A stretch of DNA of 64,000 nucleotides from an uncultured candidate division Zixibacteria bacterium (GCA_963735035.1 CAVTJJ010000003.1:704001-768000), one strand, 5' to 3'. Shown: positions 30,544-42,234, counted from the stretch's first letter. Notes: generated by a model from the letters alone, not told the origin. Numbers and translations: made by a program.

Positions 30544-31499
30544 TGACTCCCACAACTTCCGGCCCATCCGTTGCTAACTCCGGCCCGATCATCAGTCTCA
30601 CACCCAAAGGAACGGCACCACTTCCGCGCGCGCTCATGCTTCTGTCCGTAATCATCATTCTGGCCATCCTGGCCGTGCTAATAGTTCACGTCATGATCGG
30701 TGGGCTCGGAACGATAAGCTGGGAGTTCTTCAGCAGCCCACCCACGCAGGGAATGGAAGCCGGTGGCATCTTCCCTGCTCTCTTCGGAACCGTTCTGCTG
30801 GTCCTCCTGATGGTTATCGCGGCCGTTCCGGTCGGTGTGCTGACGGCGGTCTATCTTCAGGAATACACGAACCCGCAATCCCGACTCACCCGGATGCTTC
30901 GCGTGGCTATCAACAATCTCGCGGGTGTACCCTCAATCGTATTCGGCCTTTTCGGTCTGGGATTCTTCGTCGGTTTCATCGGCGGCGGGCTGGACAAATT
31001 GCTTCATCCTGCCTCCGGCCCCGTCTGGGGACAACCGGCTATCATCTGGGCTTCGCTCACAATGGCGTTACTGACCCTGCCGGTCGTAATTGTCTCAACA
31101 GAAGAAGCCCTGCGCGCTATCCCTCGCGAACTCAAAGAAGCGAGCTATGCCCTGGGTGCGACCAAACTTCAAACCATCATCCGGATTGTCATCCCGCAGG
31201 CTCTTCCCGGCATATTCACCGGCGCTATTCTGGCCGTCGGGCGTGGCGCAGGCGAAGTTGCCCCGATCATGTTCACCGGCGCCGCTTACTACCTGCCGCA
31301 TCTGCCGGCGCACTTGAACGACCAGTTCATGGTGCTCGGCTATCATGTCTACGTCATGGCGACACAATCACCGGATATCGAAAAGACCAAACCGATTCTG
31401 TACGGTACGGTGCTGGTATTGCTCGTCCTGACGTTTCTTCTGAACGTTGTCGCTATCGTGATCCGGTCACGTATAAGATCGAGGCGCATCAGTGGTTGA
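30543..31499 (+). CDS. pstA: Phosphate ABC transporter permease
   Basis: [22 protein letters not shown] and GRGAGEVAP. Confidence 0.95.
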   Translation: MTPTTSGPSVANSGPIISLTPKGTAPLPRALMLLSVIIILAILAVLIVHVMIGGLGTISWEFFSSPPTQGMEAGGIFPALFGTVLLVLLMVIAAVPVGVLTAVYLQEYTNPQSRLTRMLRVAINNLAGVPSIVFGLFGLGFFVGFIGGGLDKLLHPASGPVWGQPAIIWASLTMALLTLPVVIVSTEEALRAIPRELKEASYALGATKLQTIIRIVIPQALPGIFTGAILAVGRGAGEVAPIMFTGAAYYLPHLPAHLNDQFMVLGYHVYVMATQSPDIEKTKPILYGTVLVLLVLTFLLNVVAIVIRSRIRSRRISG

Positions 31500-31506
31500 G
31501 AACACT

Positions 31507-32319
<813 letters not shown>

Positions 32320-32332
32320 TGGAGAACATATT

Positions 32333-33004
32333 ATGGCTCAGCATTTACAGCGAGAAATCGAACAGCTCAAGAAGAAGATTCTTACTCTGGGCGCCACGGT
32401 CGAGAGCGACATACATAAAGCCGTCCATTCGGTATTGAATCGCGATATCGACCAGGCCGTTGAAGTGATCAACCTCGACGCTACCATCGACCAGCTGGAA
32501 GTTGACCTCGAGGAAGACTGCCTCAAGATTCTTGCGTTGCATCAACCGGTCGCTATTGATCTCAGGTTTATTGTAGCCGTTCTCAAGATCAATAACGACC
32601 TGGAACGCATGGGCGATCTGGCGGTCAATATCTCCGAACGGGCGAAATTTCTCGCCACCAAGCGTCAGATCAATATCCCCTTTGATCTCCACACGCTCGC
32701 GAAGAAAGCCATGGGGATGGTCCAAAAGAGCCTCGACTCGCTGGTCAATCTGGACGCGTCCCAGGCACGCGAAGTTTGCCGCATGGATGATGAAGTAGAC
32801 GAGCTGAACCGCCAGGCCTTTGAGTCGGTCATGGCCACCATCCGTACCCAGCCGGACCAGGTTGATATCCTGATCGCCTATCTGTCCGCCTCCCGCTATT
32901 TGGAACGAATCGCCGACCACGCCACCAATGTCGCCGAGGACGTCATTTACATGATCGAGGGGGTGATTGCGCGGCACCGAGAGGATTCGTCACGAATTGC
33001 CTGA
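32333..33004 (+). CDS. phoU: Phosphate signalling protein PhoU
   Basis: QPVAIDLR, DLERMGD and YLERIADHATNVAE. Confidence 0.95.
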   Translation: MAQHLQREIEQLKKKILTLGATVESDIHKAVHSVLNRDIDQAVEVINLDATIDQLEVDLEEDCLKILALHQPVAIDLRFIVAVLKINNDLERMGDLAVNISERAKFLATKRQINIPFDLHTLAKKAMGMVQKSLDSLVNLDASQAREVCRMDDEVDELNRQAFESVMATIRTQPDQVDILIAYLSASRYLERIADHATNVAEDVIYMIEGVIARHREDSSRIA

Positions 33005-33200
33005 GCCGGTTTGACTTCGAGGAGTCGGAACACTGCAAACTACATGGGGCTGTCGCGTAACTAATCACTGGACATTCTATAAGTCCTCTTAAGATATTTA
33101 GAGGTATCACACAGATCTGACGGACTCCTGGTGGTGACTATCGAGAGCGCCTCTAAATAAGATCGCTACGACGGCAACGGCCGATGCGATACTGAGGAAC

Positions 33201-34112
33201 ATGCTGACTGGCGACCAAATCGGAGCCGCATCTAAACTCGATCGCAAGGGTATTGCGTCGTTCCTGCTTATCACCTTTGCCATTACTTACGCCATCGATC
33301 TGTCACTTATCGCGGCCGGATTTCGCATCACGCAGATCCCGGCTATGTACGGACAGCTTGCGGTCGCAGCCGTCATGTGGGTCCCGGCGCTGGCCACGTT
33401 TCTTACCGTCAAGTTCATTACGCGGGAAGGTTTCGCCGGCACGAATCTCCGCATCGGTCCGTGGAAGCCCTATCTCAAATCCGCATTGATTATCCCCCTT
33501 TGCTTTGCCGGTATCTATTTTCTCACCTGGCTCCTGAACCTGGGTGATCCCGACTGGAAGATGGAGCGGTTCTACGGTATGATTGCTTCGGCCGCTGGAC
33601 CGGGTACACCGTCGATACCATCTCTTGGACTAGTCTTGCCGGCGCTGTTCTTCCTAACGGTTATCATCGCACCTATCTTCAATGCGCTCCTCGGCTTTGG
33701 AGAGGAACTTGGTTGGCGAGGCTACTTGCTGCCCAAATTGATGCCTCTTGGAAAAGTCAGAGCGTATCTGCTGCTGGGCGTTGTGTGGTCTCTGTGGCAT
33801 CTGCCCCTTATCTTGATCGGATTCACTTACCCCGACCACCCGCTTCTCGGCATCGTTGCATTTACGGCCATGCTGTTTTCATTTGGGATCTACCTGAATG
33901 AGCTGACTCTCCGACACCACAGTTGTCTCCTGGCAGGTTGGATTCACGGCGTGTTCAACAGTCAGAAGTTGGGTATCTGGGTCTTGCTCTTTCCCGATGT
34001 GAATCCGCTAATCGGCGGCTATGCGGGGGTATGCGGCATAGTCGTATGGCTTGCTCTTGGACTGTACGAGATGCGACAGGCAAAACACGTTGAGGAAGTT
34101 GCCGTCGCCTGA
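33201..34112 (+). CDS. CPBP/Abi (CAAX protease-like) intramembrane metalloprotease
   Basis: GEELGWRGYL, WSLWH and HGVFN motifs. Confidence 0.92.
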   Translation: MLTGDQIGAASKLDRKGIASFLLITFAITYAIDLSLIAAGFRITQIPAMYGQLAVAAVMWVPALATFLTVKFITREGFAGTNLRIGPWKPYLKSALIIPLCFAGIYFLTWLLNLGDPDWKMERFYGMIASAAGPGTPSIPSLGLVLPALFFLTVIIAPIFNALLGFGEELGWRGYLLPKLMPLGKVRAYLLLGVVWSLWHLPLILIGFTYPDHPLLGIVAFTAMLFSFGIYLNELTLRHHSCLLAGWIHGVFNSQKLGIWVLLFPDVNPLIGGYAGVCGIVVWLALGLYEMRQAKHVEEVAVA

Positions 34113-34361
34113 TTACAAGTAGGGACTCTTGCGGCAAACGCCGGTCATCGCTCAACCTGGGTCCCACATGCCGCCGCAACCATGTCCGATCCCATACTTC
34201 ACGATGGTGGCTTACTATCGACGAATCCGAATGCGGACACGCGCCCTGTCCGAGCAAAAAAACTTGACATCATCGCTCTTATTTTGTCTGTTGGGATCTG
34301 ACAGAAATTCTGGCGGATACGAATAAGAGTGGTTGAGTTGTCGAGCGAAATTAGTACGACC

Positions 34362-35636
34362 ATGCGCCCGGCTGATACCGGGTGTTCTTATAGGCTGCTC
34401 CGGCATCTGTCGAAGGCCCTGCTGCTTTCCTGCCTTGTCACAGCGTGTTTGATGTCGGTTTCGGTCCAGGCCGTCGATCTTTCAGGTCGGATCACCTCCA
34501 GTCTGTACGGCTCCGAGCGCTCCCATGACAAATACTGGCGCGGCTACGTGGGATTCAATTCCAACGCTACCCTGTGGCGCTCGACTCAGAACCGATCCCT
34601 CGCACTTCATACGAACCTGCGCTGGACCGGTGATCTGGCCACCAAACGACCCGGCACGCCGCAGACTTATATATATGACCTCTACTTCAAACTCGCTGGT
34701 TATCCTTCGGGCAGTGCGATCTATGTCGGTCGTCAGTTCGCCTACAACACGCTGGGCAGCTCGTTGATCGACGGATTCCGCGCCAGACTGCGTATAGTCA
34801 AGGCAATCAACCTCGATTTCTTCGGCGGCGCAACCGTGGCGCATGAACGACCCGAGAAGATTCAATCTCTTGGCAATTTCAGCATGTTCGGCGCTCGCAT
34901 CGAATACACTCAGTCCCAAACCACACGACTGGCCCTCAACTGGCTCGCCCAGACATCGTACGGCTCAACCAGCCGTAACCGGGTCGGAGTCGATGCTTTC
35001 CGTGAGGTCCGGCAGATAGAGATGTACAGCCGGATATCGTACGATCTTCTTAATGCTGACATGGCCGGAGTGTTGGCCAGAATCTCCTCCCGCCCGGGCA
35101 AATGGTACCTGTCGGGGGAATTCGATTGGCGGAAGCCGTCGGTCGATGGCAATTCCATATTCAGCCTGATCGACGCCGATGCCTATAAGGGTGTCCGGGC
35201 TGAAGCCAATCGCACCGTGTGGCGGGATATTCGCCTGCTGGGCCAGTTCCACAAAGAATTCCTGGCCGAAGGGGACGCCTGGCGCACGGTGCTGGGTCTG
35301 CGTAACACTAATTTCATGATCGGCTGGTACCACCGCGCCGGGTATGGCGGAGAAAGCAACGGACTGCAAGGTCAGGTCAATCTGGACCTCAGACCCGGCC
35401 TCGAGCTGTACGGCTCGACTTTCATGTCGCGCTACCTGATCCAACCAGAGACTCGGGATAAGATCGACGCTTATTCATCCAGTGCCGGCTTACTCTGGCG
35501 ACCGGGCCGGGCGATGCAGATCAGGATCGAAGGCCAGTACTTGCGAAACGCCGTAGAAAAGAATGATTACCGGATATACGTTCAGTTGGCGAAGAATTTC
35601 GACATCAGATCGACTAGGACGGAGGCGGGAAAATGA
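34362..35636 (+). CDS. Putative outer-membrane beta-barrel of a porin-cytochrome cluster
   Basis: Signal peptide (…VSVQA), alternating amphipathic strands rich in Y/W/G/R, and VGRQF. ATGA-coupled to a multiheme gene. Start uncertain. Confidence 0.7.
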   Translation: MRPADTGCSYRLLRHLSKALLLSCLVTACLMSVSVQAVDLSGRITSSLYGSERSHDKYWRGYVGFNSNATLWRSTQNRSLALHTNLRWTGDLATKRPGTPQTYIYDLYFKLAGYPSGSAIYVGRQFAYNTLGSSLIDGFRARLRIVKAINLDFFGGATVAHERPEKIQSLGNFSMFGARIEYTQSQTTRLALNWLAQTSYGSTSRNRVGVDAFREVRQIEMYSRISYDLLNADMAGVLARISSRPGKWYLSGEFDWRKPSVDGNSIFSLIDADAYKGVRAEANRTVWRDIRLLGQFHKEFLAEGDAWRTVLGLRNTNFMIGWYHRAGYGGESNGLQGQVNLDLRPGLELYGSTFMSRYLIQPETRDKIDAYSSSAGLLWRPGRAMQIRIEGQYLRNAVEKNDYRIYVQLAKNFDIRSTRTEAGK

Positions 35637-36691
35637 ACATCCGACGTCCTGGTCTGCTTGCTGTGATAACGCTGACTGTCGCTGCCGCCATGATGGCGGG
35701 CACGCCTCCGCAGGCGACTGTTTCGAGTCTGATATTCTCGCACACCCTGCACGTCACGGGACAGGGAATCGAGTGTGTCGCCTGTCACGCCGAAATTCCA
35801 TCCAGTACCGGCGCCAAAGATCTCAAGCTCCCGACCATGGATGCGTGCGCCGCATGCCATGAAGTCGAAGATGACAAGACCTGCGGACAGTGCCACCGCG
35901 ATCCGGAGAATCCGTCACCGGCGGTTGCGACCAGACTTTCGGTCCAGTTCAACCACAAGCGACACTTGGAACTCAAAACCGCCTGTAACACTTGTCACAG
36001 CCTGACGAATGAAAACGGCGAAGCTCTGCTGACACCCACTTTGCCAAATAAGCCGATGTGTATGTCCTGTCACGATGGCGTCCGCGCCCCGTGGGATTGC
36101 CGTCTTTGCCACGCCGGCGGTAAGACGACTCTGGCCGATATCCATCCGACCGGTTGGCGTCACCAGCACGCCGAACAAGCCACGCTCAAGCCGGATTGGT
36201 GCCACACCTGCCACCAGCAGGAAGTGTACTGCATTAGCTGTCACCGGGGTGACAACCAGACCGGCAGCATTCACGATCTCAACTACGAATTTACGCACGG
36301 GCTCGACGCTCAGGGCAAAGAGGCCGATTGCGCCCATTGCCACGACAGACGCGCTTTCTGCAACGATTGCCACGAACGCGAGAACCGAATGCCGCTAGCC
36401 CACTCGACCGGAGCCTGGCTCACCGAACACGGACGGGCGGCGCGCAACGACATAGAGAACTGTGCCTCCTGCCATGAAGTCGATGATCCCACCTGCGCCC
36501 GCGCGGGTTGCCATCGCGATGCCGACGGAGTTCGCGGGACAGACCAGCCGATTCATTCGGCAGATGCGGGTCGATTCGATAGCCATGGACCGTGGCACAG
36601 CGACGATAGCTATTTCTGTTTCACCTGCCATACCAGCACCGGCCGTCCGGGGGTTGGTTTCTGCGGCTACTGTCACGGGAGCAAAGACTGA
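35633..36691 (+). CDS. Periplasmic multiheme cytochrome c (13 CxxCH plus 1 CX4CH)
   Basis: Signal peptide and c3/c7-like FSHxxH/FNHxxH elements. Motifs counted by eye. Confidence 0.92.
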   Translation: MNIRRPGLLAVITLTVAAAMMAGTPPQATVSSLIFSHTLHVTGQGIECVACHAEIPSSTGAKDLKLPTMDACAACHEVEDDKTCGQCHRDPENPSPAVATRLSVQFNHKRHLELKTACNTCHSLTNENGEALLTPTLPNKPMCMSCHDGVRAPWDCRLCHAGGKTTLADIHPTGWRHQHAEQATLKPDWCHTCHQQEVYCISCHRGDNQTGSIHDLNYEFTHGLDAQGKEADCAHCHDRRAFCNDCHERENRMPLAHSTGAWLTEHGRAARNDIENCASCHEVDDPTCARAGCHRDADGVRGTDQPIHSADAGRFDSHGPWHSDDSYFCFTCHTSTGRPGVGFCGYCHGSKD

Positions 36692-38181
36692 TGAAAGCCC
36701 GGACAAATACTGGCCGCAGTCATAACGGAGCCGGTCTGGCATTAATTCTTTGCTTTGGTCTTCTTCTCTCCACCTGGTGCTGCAGCGATGAACGCACGGC
36801 CAGTCAGTTGCCGGGCACCCACTCGGCTTCGTGGATGGTTAGGGGATTGGCCGATTTTCATGGTACGGTCGCACTACAGAACGGCACCGGAAGTTGCGCC
36901 GTATGTCACGGGGAGGACTACAATGGCGGGCAGGTAGGCGTTTCATGTATTGATTGTCATCTAACCAGCGGTGCCTGTATCGCCTGCCACGGCGGATTGG
37001 ACAACCACACCGGCGCACCACCTCTCGGACTTCGCAGCGAAATTTCCGACACAACCGTGGCCGTGGGTGCACACACTCTGCACCTGACCGGAACGTCGCG
37101 CTCAGCTGCGGTGACCTGCCAGTCGTGTCACCTCGTTCCGGCAAGCATGTTCGAGCCGTATCATCTGAACGCCAACGGCGGCGTTCTTGATTCGATTGCC
37201 GAAATAACCTGGCAAGGATTCGCCGACGGCGGTCGCGCTCGATGGAACCGTACCGCTCGCACCTGCTCCCGCACTTATTGCCACGGCAATTTCAGCGGCG
37301 GTGATTCCACCTATTCTCCGATATGGACATCGCCCAAACCAGATTCATTGCGGTGTGGCACCTGTCATAATTCTGGTGACAACCCTGACTCTCTCGGATT
37401 CATCCATATAGTTCACTATTCCGGCAATACCTTCGTATGTGCCGACTGTCATTCCGGTGTGGTGGACTCGTCGCTGCACATCATCACCCCTTCGCTTCAC
37501 GTCAACGGCGTTGCCAACGTCACCCCTCTGGACACCACTAGGTGCGATCAGTGTCACGGCACCGGCCCGGCGGCCTGCACCCACTGTCACGGCGGCGGTG
37601 ACAATCAGACCGGGGCGCCGCCTCGTGGTTTGCACGGCGAAAATTCCGCGGCCGAACTGGCCGTGGGAGCGCACACCCCGCACATGGAAAGCGGCTATGT
37701 GGCTGACGCTTTCGCGTGCAATGAGTGCCACAAAGTGCCATCCCGCCTGTCCGATCCCGATCATTGGGCGGTTGATTCGGTTGCCGAAATCACCTGGGGT
37801 TCGCTGGCCGGCACCGGCTCGACCTGGAGTCGCATTACCCGCCGCTGCAGCTACACCTACTGCCATGGGAACTTCTACGGTGGATATATCGCCAACGCAC
37901 CTATCTGGAACGCCCCCGGCCAGGCAGCTTGCGGCTCGTGCCATGACGACGGCGCCAATCCGGGCGATCTGCTGGGCAAACACAGCAAGCATGTCCGTAG
38001 CGAACATATCGGATGCTACGAATGTCACTCCACTACGGTCGATTCGAGCTTGTCGATTATTGGCAAAGCGGTTCACGTCGATGGCCAGAACACGGTCGCG
38101 TTCGGAGCCAGACAGATTACTTACTCGAACGGCGGATGTTCCGGCTCAGGGCTCTGCCACGGTGATGAAAACTGGTTCTGA
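36691..38181 (+). CDS. Multiheme cytochrome c lipoprotein with CxxxxCH/CxxCH domains (11 CxxCH, 2 CX4CH, 1 CX5CH)
   Basis: Lipobox-like LLSTWCC. CSRTYCHG...W...CGTCH and CSYTYCHG...W...CGSCH. Internal duplication of GGxDNxTGAPPxGL...AVGAH. Confidence 0.9.
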   Translation: MKARTNTGRSHNGAGLALILCFGLLLSTWCCSDERTASQLPGTHSASWMVRGLADFHGTVALQNGTGSCAVCHGEDYNGGQVGVSCIDCHLTSGACIACHGGLDNHTGAPPLGLRSEISDTTVAVGAHTLHLTGTSRSAAVTCQSCHLVPASMFEPYHLNANGGVLDSIAEITWQGFADGGRARWNRTARTCSRTYCHGNFSGGDSTYSPIWTSPKPDSLRCGTCHNSGDNPDSLGFIHIVHYSGNTFVCADCHSGVVDSSLHIITPSLHVNGVANVTPLDTTRCDQCHGTGPAACTHCHGGGDNQTGAPPRGLHGENSAAELAVGAHTPHMESGYVADAFACNECHKVPSRLSDPDHWAVDSVAEITWGSLAGTGSTWSRITRRCSYTYCHGNFYGGYIANAPIWNAPGQAACGSCHDDGANPGDLLGKHSKHVRSEHIGCYECHSTTVDSSLSIIGKAVHVDGQNTVAFGARQITYSNGGCSGSGLCHGDENWF

Positions 38182-38211
38182 TTAATCTGTATTGAGATTG
38201 AATGACTGCTT

Positions 38212-40008
38212 CTATTTCACGGCCAACTGCGGATTCGAGCGGGCGTCCCTGAGATACTGAGCGCACTTCCGAAGCGATTCAACGTAAACTACAACCACCA
38301 ATATTAGCATCACCACCGTCGCCAACGCATTCAGGTTTCCCGTGAAAGTATGCTTGGGGAGATAGTTGTTGACGATGTTCTCGATTCCCGCCACGAAAGT
38401 CGTCGCGAACATGAATAGCGACGGGATGAAAGTCATCAGAGCGTAAGTCCATTTCCCCGAACGCTTCAGAATATAGATTGTACCTATCGACAGCGCCAGT
38501 GTGGCCAGAAGTTGGTTCGCGACCCCAAACATCGGCCAGATCGATGAAATATCGCCGTTGTAAACCAGATACCCCCACAGGAAACTGATCGCGGCGCTGC
38601 TGAAAATGACCCCGGGCAGCCAGGTCGAACTTCCGAGTTTCGGATGAATCGGCTTGAGAATCTCCTGCAGGATATAGCGCGCGACACGGGTGCCGGTATC
38701 GACCGTGGTCAGGATGAACAGCGCTTCAAACATGATCGCGAAATGATACCAATAACTCATCAGGTGTTTCATGCCCTGAATCGACGACAGAATCAGCGAC
38801 ATCCCCGCCGCCAATGAAACCGCCCCTCCCGTCCGTCCGGCCAGCGTTTCACCCGTCATCTGCTCAATATAATGAAGCTGATCGATCTGCATGCCCAGCT
38901 TGCTGAATACTTCCGGCGGAAGATTGATCGCGAAGTAATCACCGGGCATCATGGTGGTGGCAGCTATCAGCGCCATTATCGAAACAACCGCCTCGGCCAG
39001 CATCGAGCCGTAACCGATCAGGCGAATATCTCCTTCGCCGCTGATCATCTTGGGCGTCGTACCGGAACTTATCAGCGCGTGGAACCCACTGATCGCTCCA
39101 CAGGCAATCGTGATGCAGACAAACGGCCACACGGTGCCGGGAATGATCGGCCCTCCCCCGTGCACGAACTGGGTAATCGCGGGCATATGAATGACCGGGT
39201 TGACCACTATAATGCCGACCGTCAACAGCAGGATGGTCCCGATCTTCATGTACGAGCTTAGATAATCACGCGGACACAGCAGCAGCCAGACCGGCAGCAC
39301 TGAAGCAATCAGGCCATAGAGCGGGAGAATGATCGAAAGCGCCGGCTTTGAGAGAATGAAGTATTGGCCGAAAGCCGTGTGTGACAGCGGTTCTCCGGCT
39401 ATGACACCCAGGACTACAATAGTCACGCCGACCAACGATGCCTCGACCAGTTTCCCGGGTCGCAGCTTATACATGTACAGCCCGACGAACAACGCGGCTG
39501 GAACCGTGACAGCAATAGTGAAAGTCGCCCAGGCGCTTTCATTCAGCGCATTGACCACCACCAGAGCCAAACCGGCCAGGGCGGTGACAATTATGAAGAG
39601 AATCGCAAACGCCGTCGCAACACTTGCCACCGGGCTGACATGTTCCTTCGCCAGATGAGTCAGCGATTGACCCTGCGACCGCACCGAAGCAAATAGAATC
39701 ACCATGTCATGCACAGCCCCGCCGAGCACGGCGCCGATCAAAATCCACAAGTATCCGGGCAAATACCCGAACTGGGCGGCCAGGACCGGCCCCACCAACG
39801 GACCCGCCCCCGAAATAGCCGCAAAATGATGACCAAACAGCACCCAGCGGTTGGTCGGGTGATAGTCTTTTCCGTCGCGCAACGTGTACGCCGGAGTAGG
39901 AAGTGACTTATCGAATACGAGCGCTTTGGTTATGATGAACTTGGCGTAGAATCGATACGCCAGCGCGAAGAGCAGCAGGGCAATTATGATCAGAGTCGAT
40001 GCGTTCAT
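38212..40008 (-). CDS. cstA: Carbon starvation protein A (peptide/pyruvate transporter)
   Basis: LFGHHFAAISGAGPLVGP, PRDYLS, IACGAISGFH and WPMFGVANQLL. Confidence 0.95.
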   Translation of the reverse strand: MNASTLIIIALLLFALAYRFYAKFIITKALVFDKSLPTPAYTLRDGKDYHPTNRWVLFGHHFAAISGAGPLVGPVLAAQFGYLPGYLWILIGAVLGGAVHDMVILFASVRSQGQSLTHLAKEHVSPVASVATAFAILFIIVTALAGLALVVVNALNESAWATFTIAVTVPAALFVGLYMYKLRPGKLVEASLVGVTIVVLGVIAGEPLSHTAFGQYFILSKPALSIILPLYGLIASVLPVWLLLCPRDYLSSYMKIGTILLLTVGIIVVNPVIHMPAITQFVHGGGPIIPGTVWPFVCITIACGAISGFHALISSGTTPKMISGEGDIRLIGYGSMLAEAVVSIMALIAATTMMPGDYFAINLPPEVFSKLGMQIDQLHYIEQMTGETLAGRTGGAVSLAAGMSLILSSIQGMKHLMSYWYHFAIMFEALFILTTVDTGTRVARYILQEILKPIHPKLGSSTWLPGVIFSSAAISFLWGYLVYNGDISSIWPMFGVANQLLATLALSIGTIYILKRSGKWTYALMTFIPSLFMFATTFVAGIENIVNNYLPKHTFTGNLNALATVVMLILVVVVYVESLRKCAQYLRDARSNPQLAVK

Positions 40009-40165
40009 GCACTTACCCGGATGCCAAAATCCGCCCGCAACCCAAAGTCTGCCTCATTGCGGGCACGTCATCCTGTTAGACATATAACCAATTTCCGGAG
40101 CATTACCAAACGAAAACTTGTCTAAACGGGTGCATCGCGCTCGCAGGCGCCAAAGTGACGCTATA

Positions 40166-41089
40166 CTATCCTGTTGCGCCCAACGCACTTTTCAGGTTTC
40201 TGGTCAGACTGATTGGATCTTCCAGCAGGCCCGTTGTCCTGAACTTGGCGATTATGCTCGGCGGCATCTGGTCCGATGTGACTCCCGCCAGGATCAAGGC
40301 GGTCTCCTCTTGCGTAAACTCCGCCAGGTGCTCCTTCCACAGACGGACATCTTTGTTCTCGGGACAATAGTGCTGGCATTGCATACAACCTACCAGGCAA
40401 TGGTGCCAGGACTTATCTATCCATTGCGGAAACTGCTCGGACGACTCGTTGTGAAGTGTCAGACACCTCTCGGTGTGCAATTGAAACCGATCCGGGTCGA
40501 TGGCTCCGGTGGGGCAATGTTTCGTGCAGGCCTGACAGCCATCACACGCGTCAAGTACTTGAGGCTCACGCCAGCTATCACTTTCTACCGGCATATCAGA
40601 GTAGAATGCGAGGAGGCGGTGAAAACTTCCCATCCCTTCCACATAGGCGACGTTGTTCTTGCCGTAGCGCGCTATACCGCTCCGGACCGCTAATAGCTTC
40701 AGCGGCAGCATAGCACGACAGATCTGAAATCCATGCGGTACCAGGGAAGACTCAATGGCGGACGTCACGGTCTCATCAATACTGTGCTCATATGTGGGCG
40801 GAATGATCAAGGTGCGTTGTTTCCCATCGATATCGAAAGTCACTTCCAGCGCCGGGCGCGGTACCGCTACGACAACTATCGAGCGCGCCCACGGAACATC
40901 CTGTGAGAGCATATTCTCGAAATAGGCCGCGTATTGTCTGAACACGGCGCTATTAATCAAGTTAGACGCCCGCCCCTCTTCAATAGTCCGGCGTAATTCG
41001 AGCGAGCGCTCGGCCGACACGACCGCGGATTTGAATCCCCACTGCTCCAGGCTTGCCTGCAAGGCGTCGAGAACTTCTCTTGAACTCAT
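40166..41089 (-). CDS. QueG-like double-[4Fe-4S] protein
   Basis: PLKLLAVRSGIARYGKNN, CDGCQACTKHCPTGAI, RCLT and GCMQCQHYCP. Confidence 0.75.
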   Translation of the reverse strand: MSSREVLDALQASLEQWGFKSAVVSAERSLELRRTIEEGRASNLINSAVFRQYAAYFENMLSQDVPWARSIVVVAVPRPALEVTFDIDGKQRTLIIPPTYEHSIDETVTSAIESSLVPHGFQICRAMLPLKLLAVRSGIARYGKNNVAYVEGMGSFHRLLAFYSDMPVESDSWREPQVLDACDGCQACTKHCPTGAIDPDRFQLHTERCLTLHNESSEQFPQWIDKSWHHCLVGCMQCQHYCPENKDVRLWKEHLAEFTQEETALILAGVTSDQMPPSIIAKFRTTGLLEDPISLTRNLKSALGATG

Positions 41090-41131
41090 GTAAAGCGCTC
41101 CAATTCCGAATTCTTATCCGTAGTATCTGCC

Positions 41132-41189
41132 GTTACCGCCAATAATATATTACTGGTTACGTTACCTGTCAATACGTTTTACCGGTTAT
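41132..41189. promoter_or_regulatory. Two tandem TTACC-N17-GGTTA boxes between divergent genes
   Basis: 29-bp units at 41132-41160 and 41161-41189 share the same inverted-repeat ends. Confidence 0.55.
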
Positions 41190-41229
41190 TTTTGTTTACA
41201 AGTTATTGGAGACGCTGTATCTTTGTACT

Positions 41230-41802
41230 ATGAAGAACCTCAACCTGCTCACCACCGGGAGCAAACCCGCGCCGGGCGAACTCGTTCTCGTACAGGGGCT
41301 TGTGAATACATTCAATGTCGAAACGGGTGAAGATGAAATCGGCACCAAAGAATCGCTTAAAGCCTGGCTGGTCCGCCATGGCTTGCTGCGCTCGGCCGCA
41401 GAAGTAACTTCTGAGGACCATCGGATCGCACTATCGTTTCGTGAAGCAATCAGACACCTCCTGTTAGCCAACAACGGCCAAACGGTGGAACCCGCGTCGC
41501 TAAAGCAGATAAATGCTCTGACCTCTCGGCTCAAACTGGGAATACAATTCAAGTCTGACGGGAATCTAACCCTCTCGCCTGACAGCGACGGCATTGCCGG
41601 TGTTTGCGAGCAGATACTGGCTATTGTAGTTCAGGCCATCAACAAGGGGACCTGGTCTCGCCTGAAAGCCTGTCACGAGTCCCACTGCCAGTGGGTGTTC
41701 TATGACTCTTCGAAGAATCACTCCGGTCGCTGGTGCTCGATGACTGTCTGCGGCAGCCGCGACAAGGCCCGAGCCTTTCGCAAGCGTAGATCCCTGGGGT
41801 AG
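41230..41802 (+). CDS. ABATE/CGNR zinc-finger regulator
   Basis: LVNT...RLKACHESHCQWVFYDSSKNHSGRWCSMTVCGSRDK. Confidence 0.9.
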   Translation: MKNLNLLTTGSKPAPGELVLVQGLVNTFNVETGEDEIGTKESLKAWLVRHGLLRSAAEVTSEDHRIALSFREAIRHLLLANNGQTVEPASLKQINALTSRLKLGIQFKSDGNLTLSPDSDGIAGVCEQILAIVVQAINKGTWSRLKACHESHCQWVFYDSSKNHSGRWCSMTVCGSRDKARAFRKRRSLG

Positions 41803-41814
41803 TGAAATTGCTAA

Positions 41815-42234
41815 TCAGTGGGAAGGTTGCTGAACGACTAGCTGAGGGGTCGGCTCAACGACGTCTATTATCCAGGCCAGAGCTACCTTCTCCCAGTTCT
41901 CCGTAATTCTGGCGTCAATGATACGATCATTGGTGGGGTACTGGGCCTTCGCGCAGGCTTGAATGACCATACCTTTGGCTACAGGCGACTCAACTATGAT
42001 GGCGCCTCTTTCACATCCCATTTTCCAAACGGCATCGTAAAGTTGGTCGAATACTTTGAGCACTTCAGGCGTCGGCAGGGTCAGCCTTCTCGAGTCAATC
42101 AAGAGTGAAAATGGTCCGGCGTGCTCGGCGAACGCAGCCATAACATCGGATTTGTACCGTTGCACTTCGTCGATTTTGAAAGTGCCCAACTGCACAATCT
42201 TGAATCCGTATGATGTCTTCTCGATCGAATACAT
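41815..42234 (-). CDS. Hypothetical protein (possibly STAS/SEC14-like fold)
   Basis: 139-aa ORF with FSLLIDSR...RGAIIVES pattern. The fold assignment is a guess. Confidence 0.6.
   Translation of the reverse strand: MYSIEKTSYGFKIVQLGTFKIDEVQRYKSDVMAAFAEHAGPFSLLIDSRRLTLPTPEVLKVFDQLYDAVWKMGCERGAIIVESPVAKGMVIQACAKAQYPTNDRIIDARITENWEKVALAWIIDVVEPTPQLVVQQPSH

Noticed and set aside
40166..41089. Respiratory reductive dehalogenase
   Set aside because: The protein is short, with no Tat signal and no RdhB-like anchor gene. Cys spacing fits QueG-like proteins.
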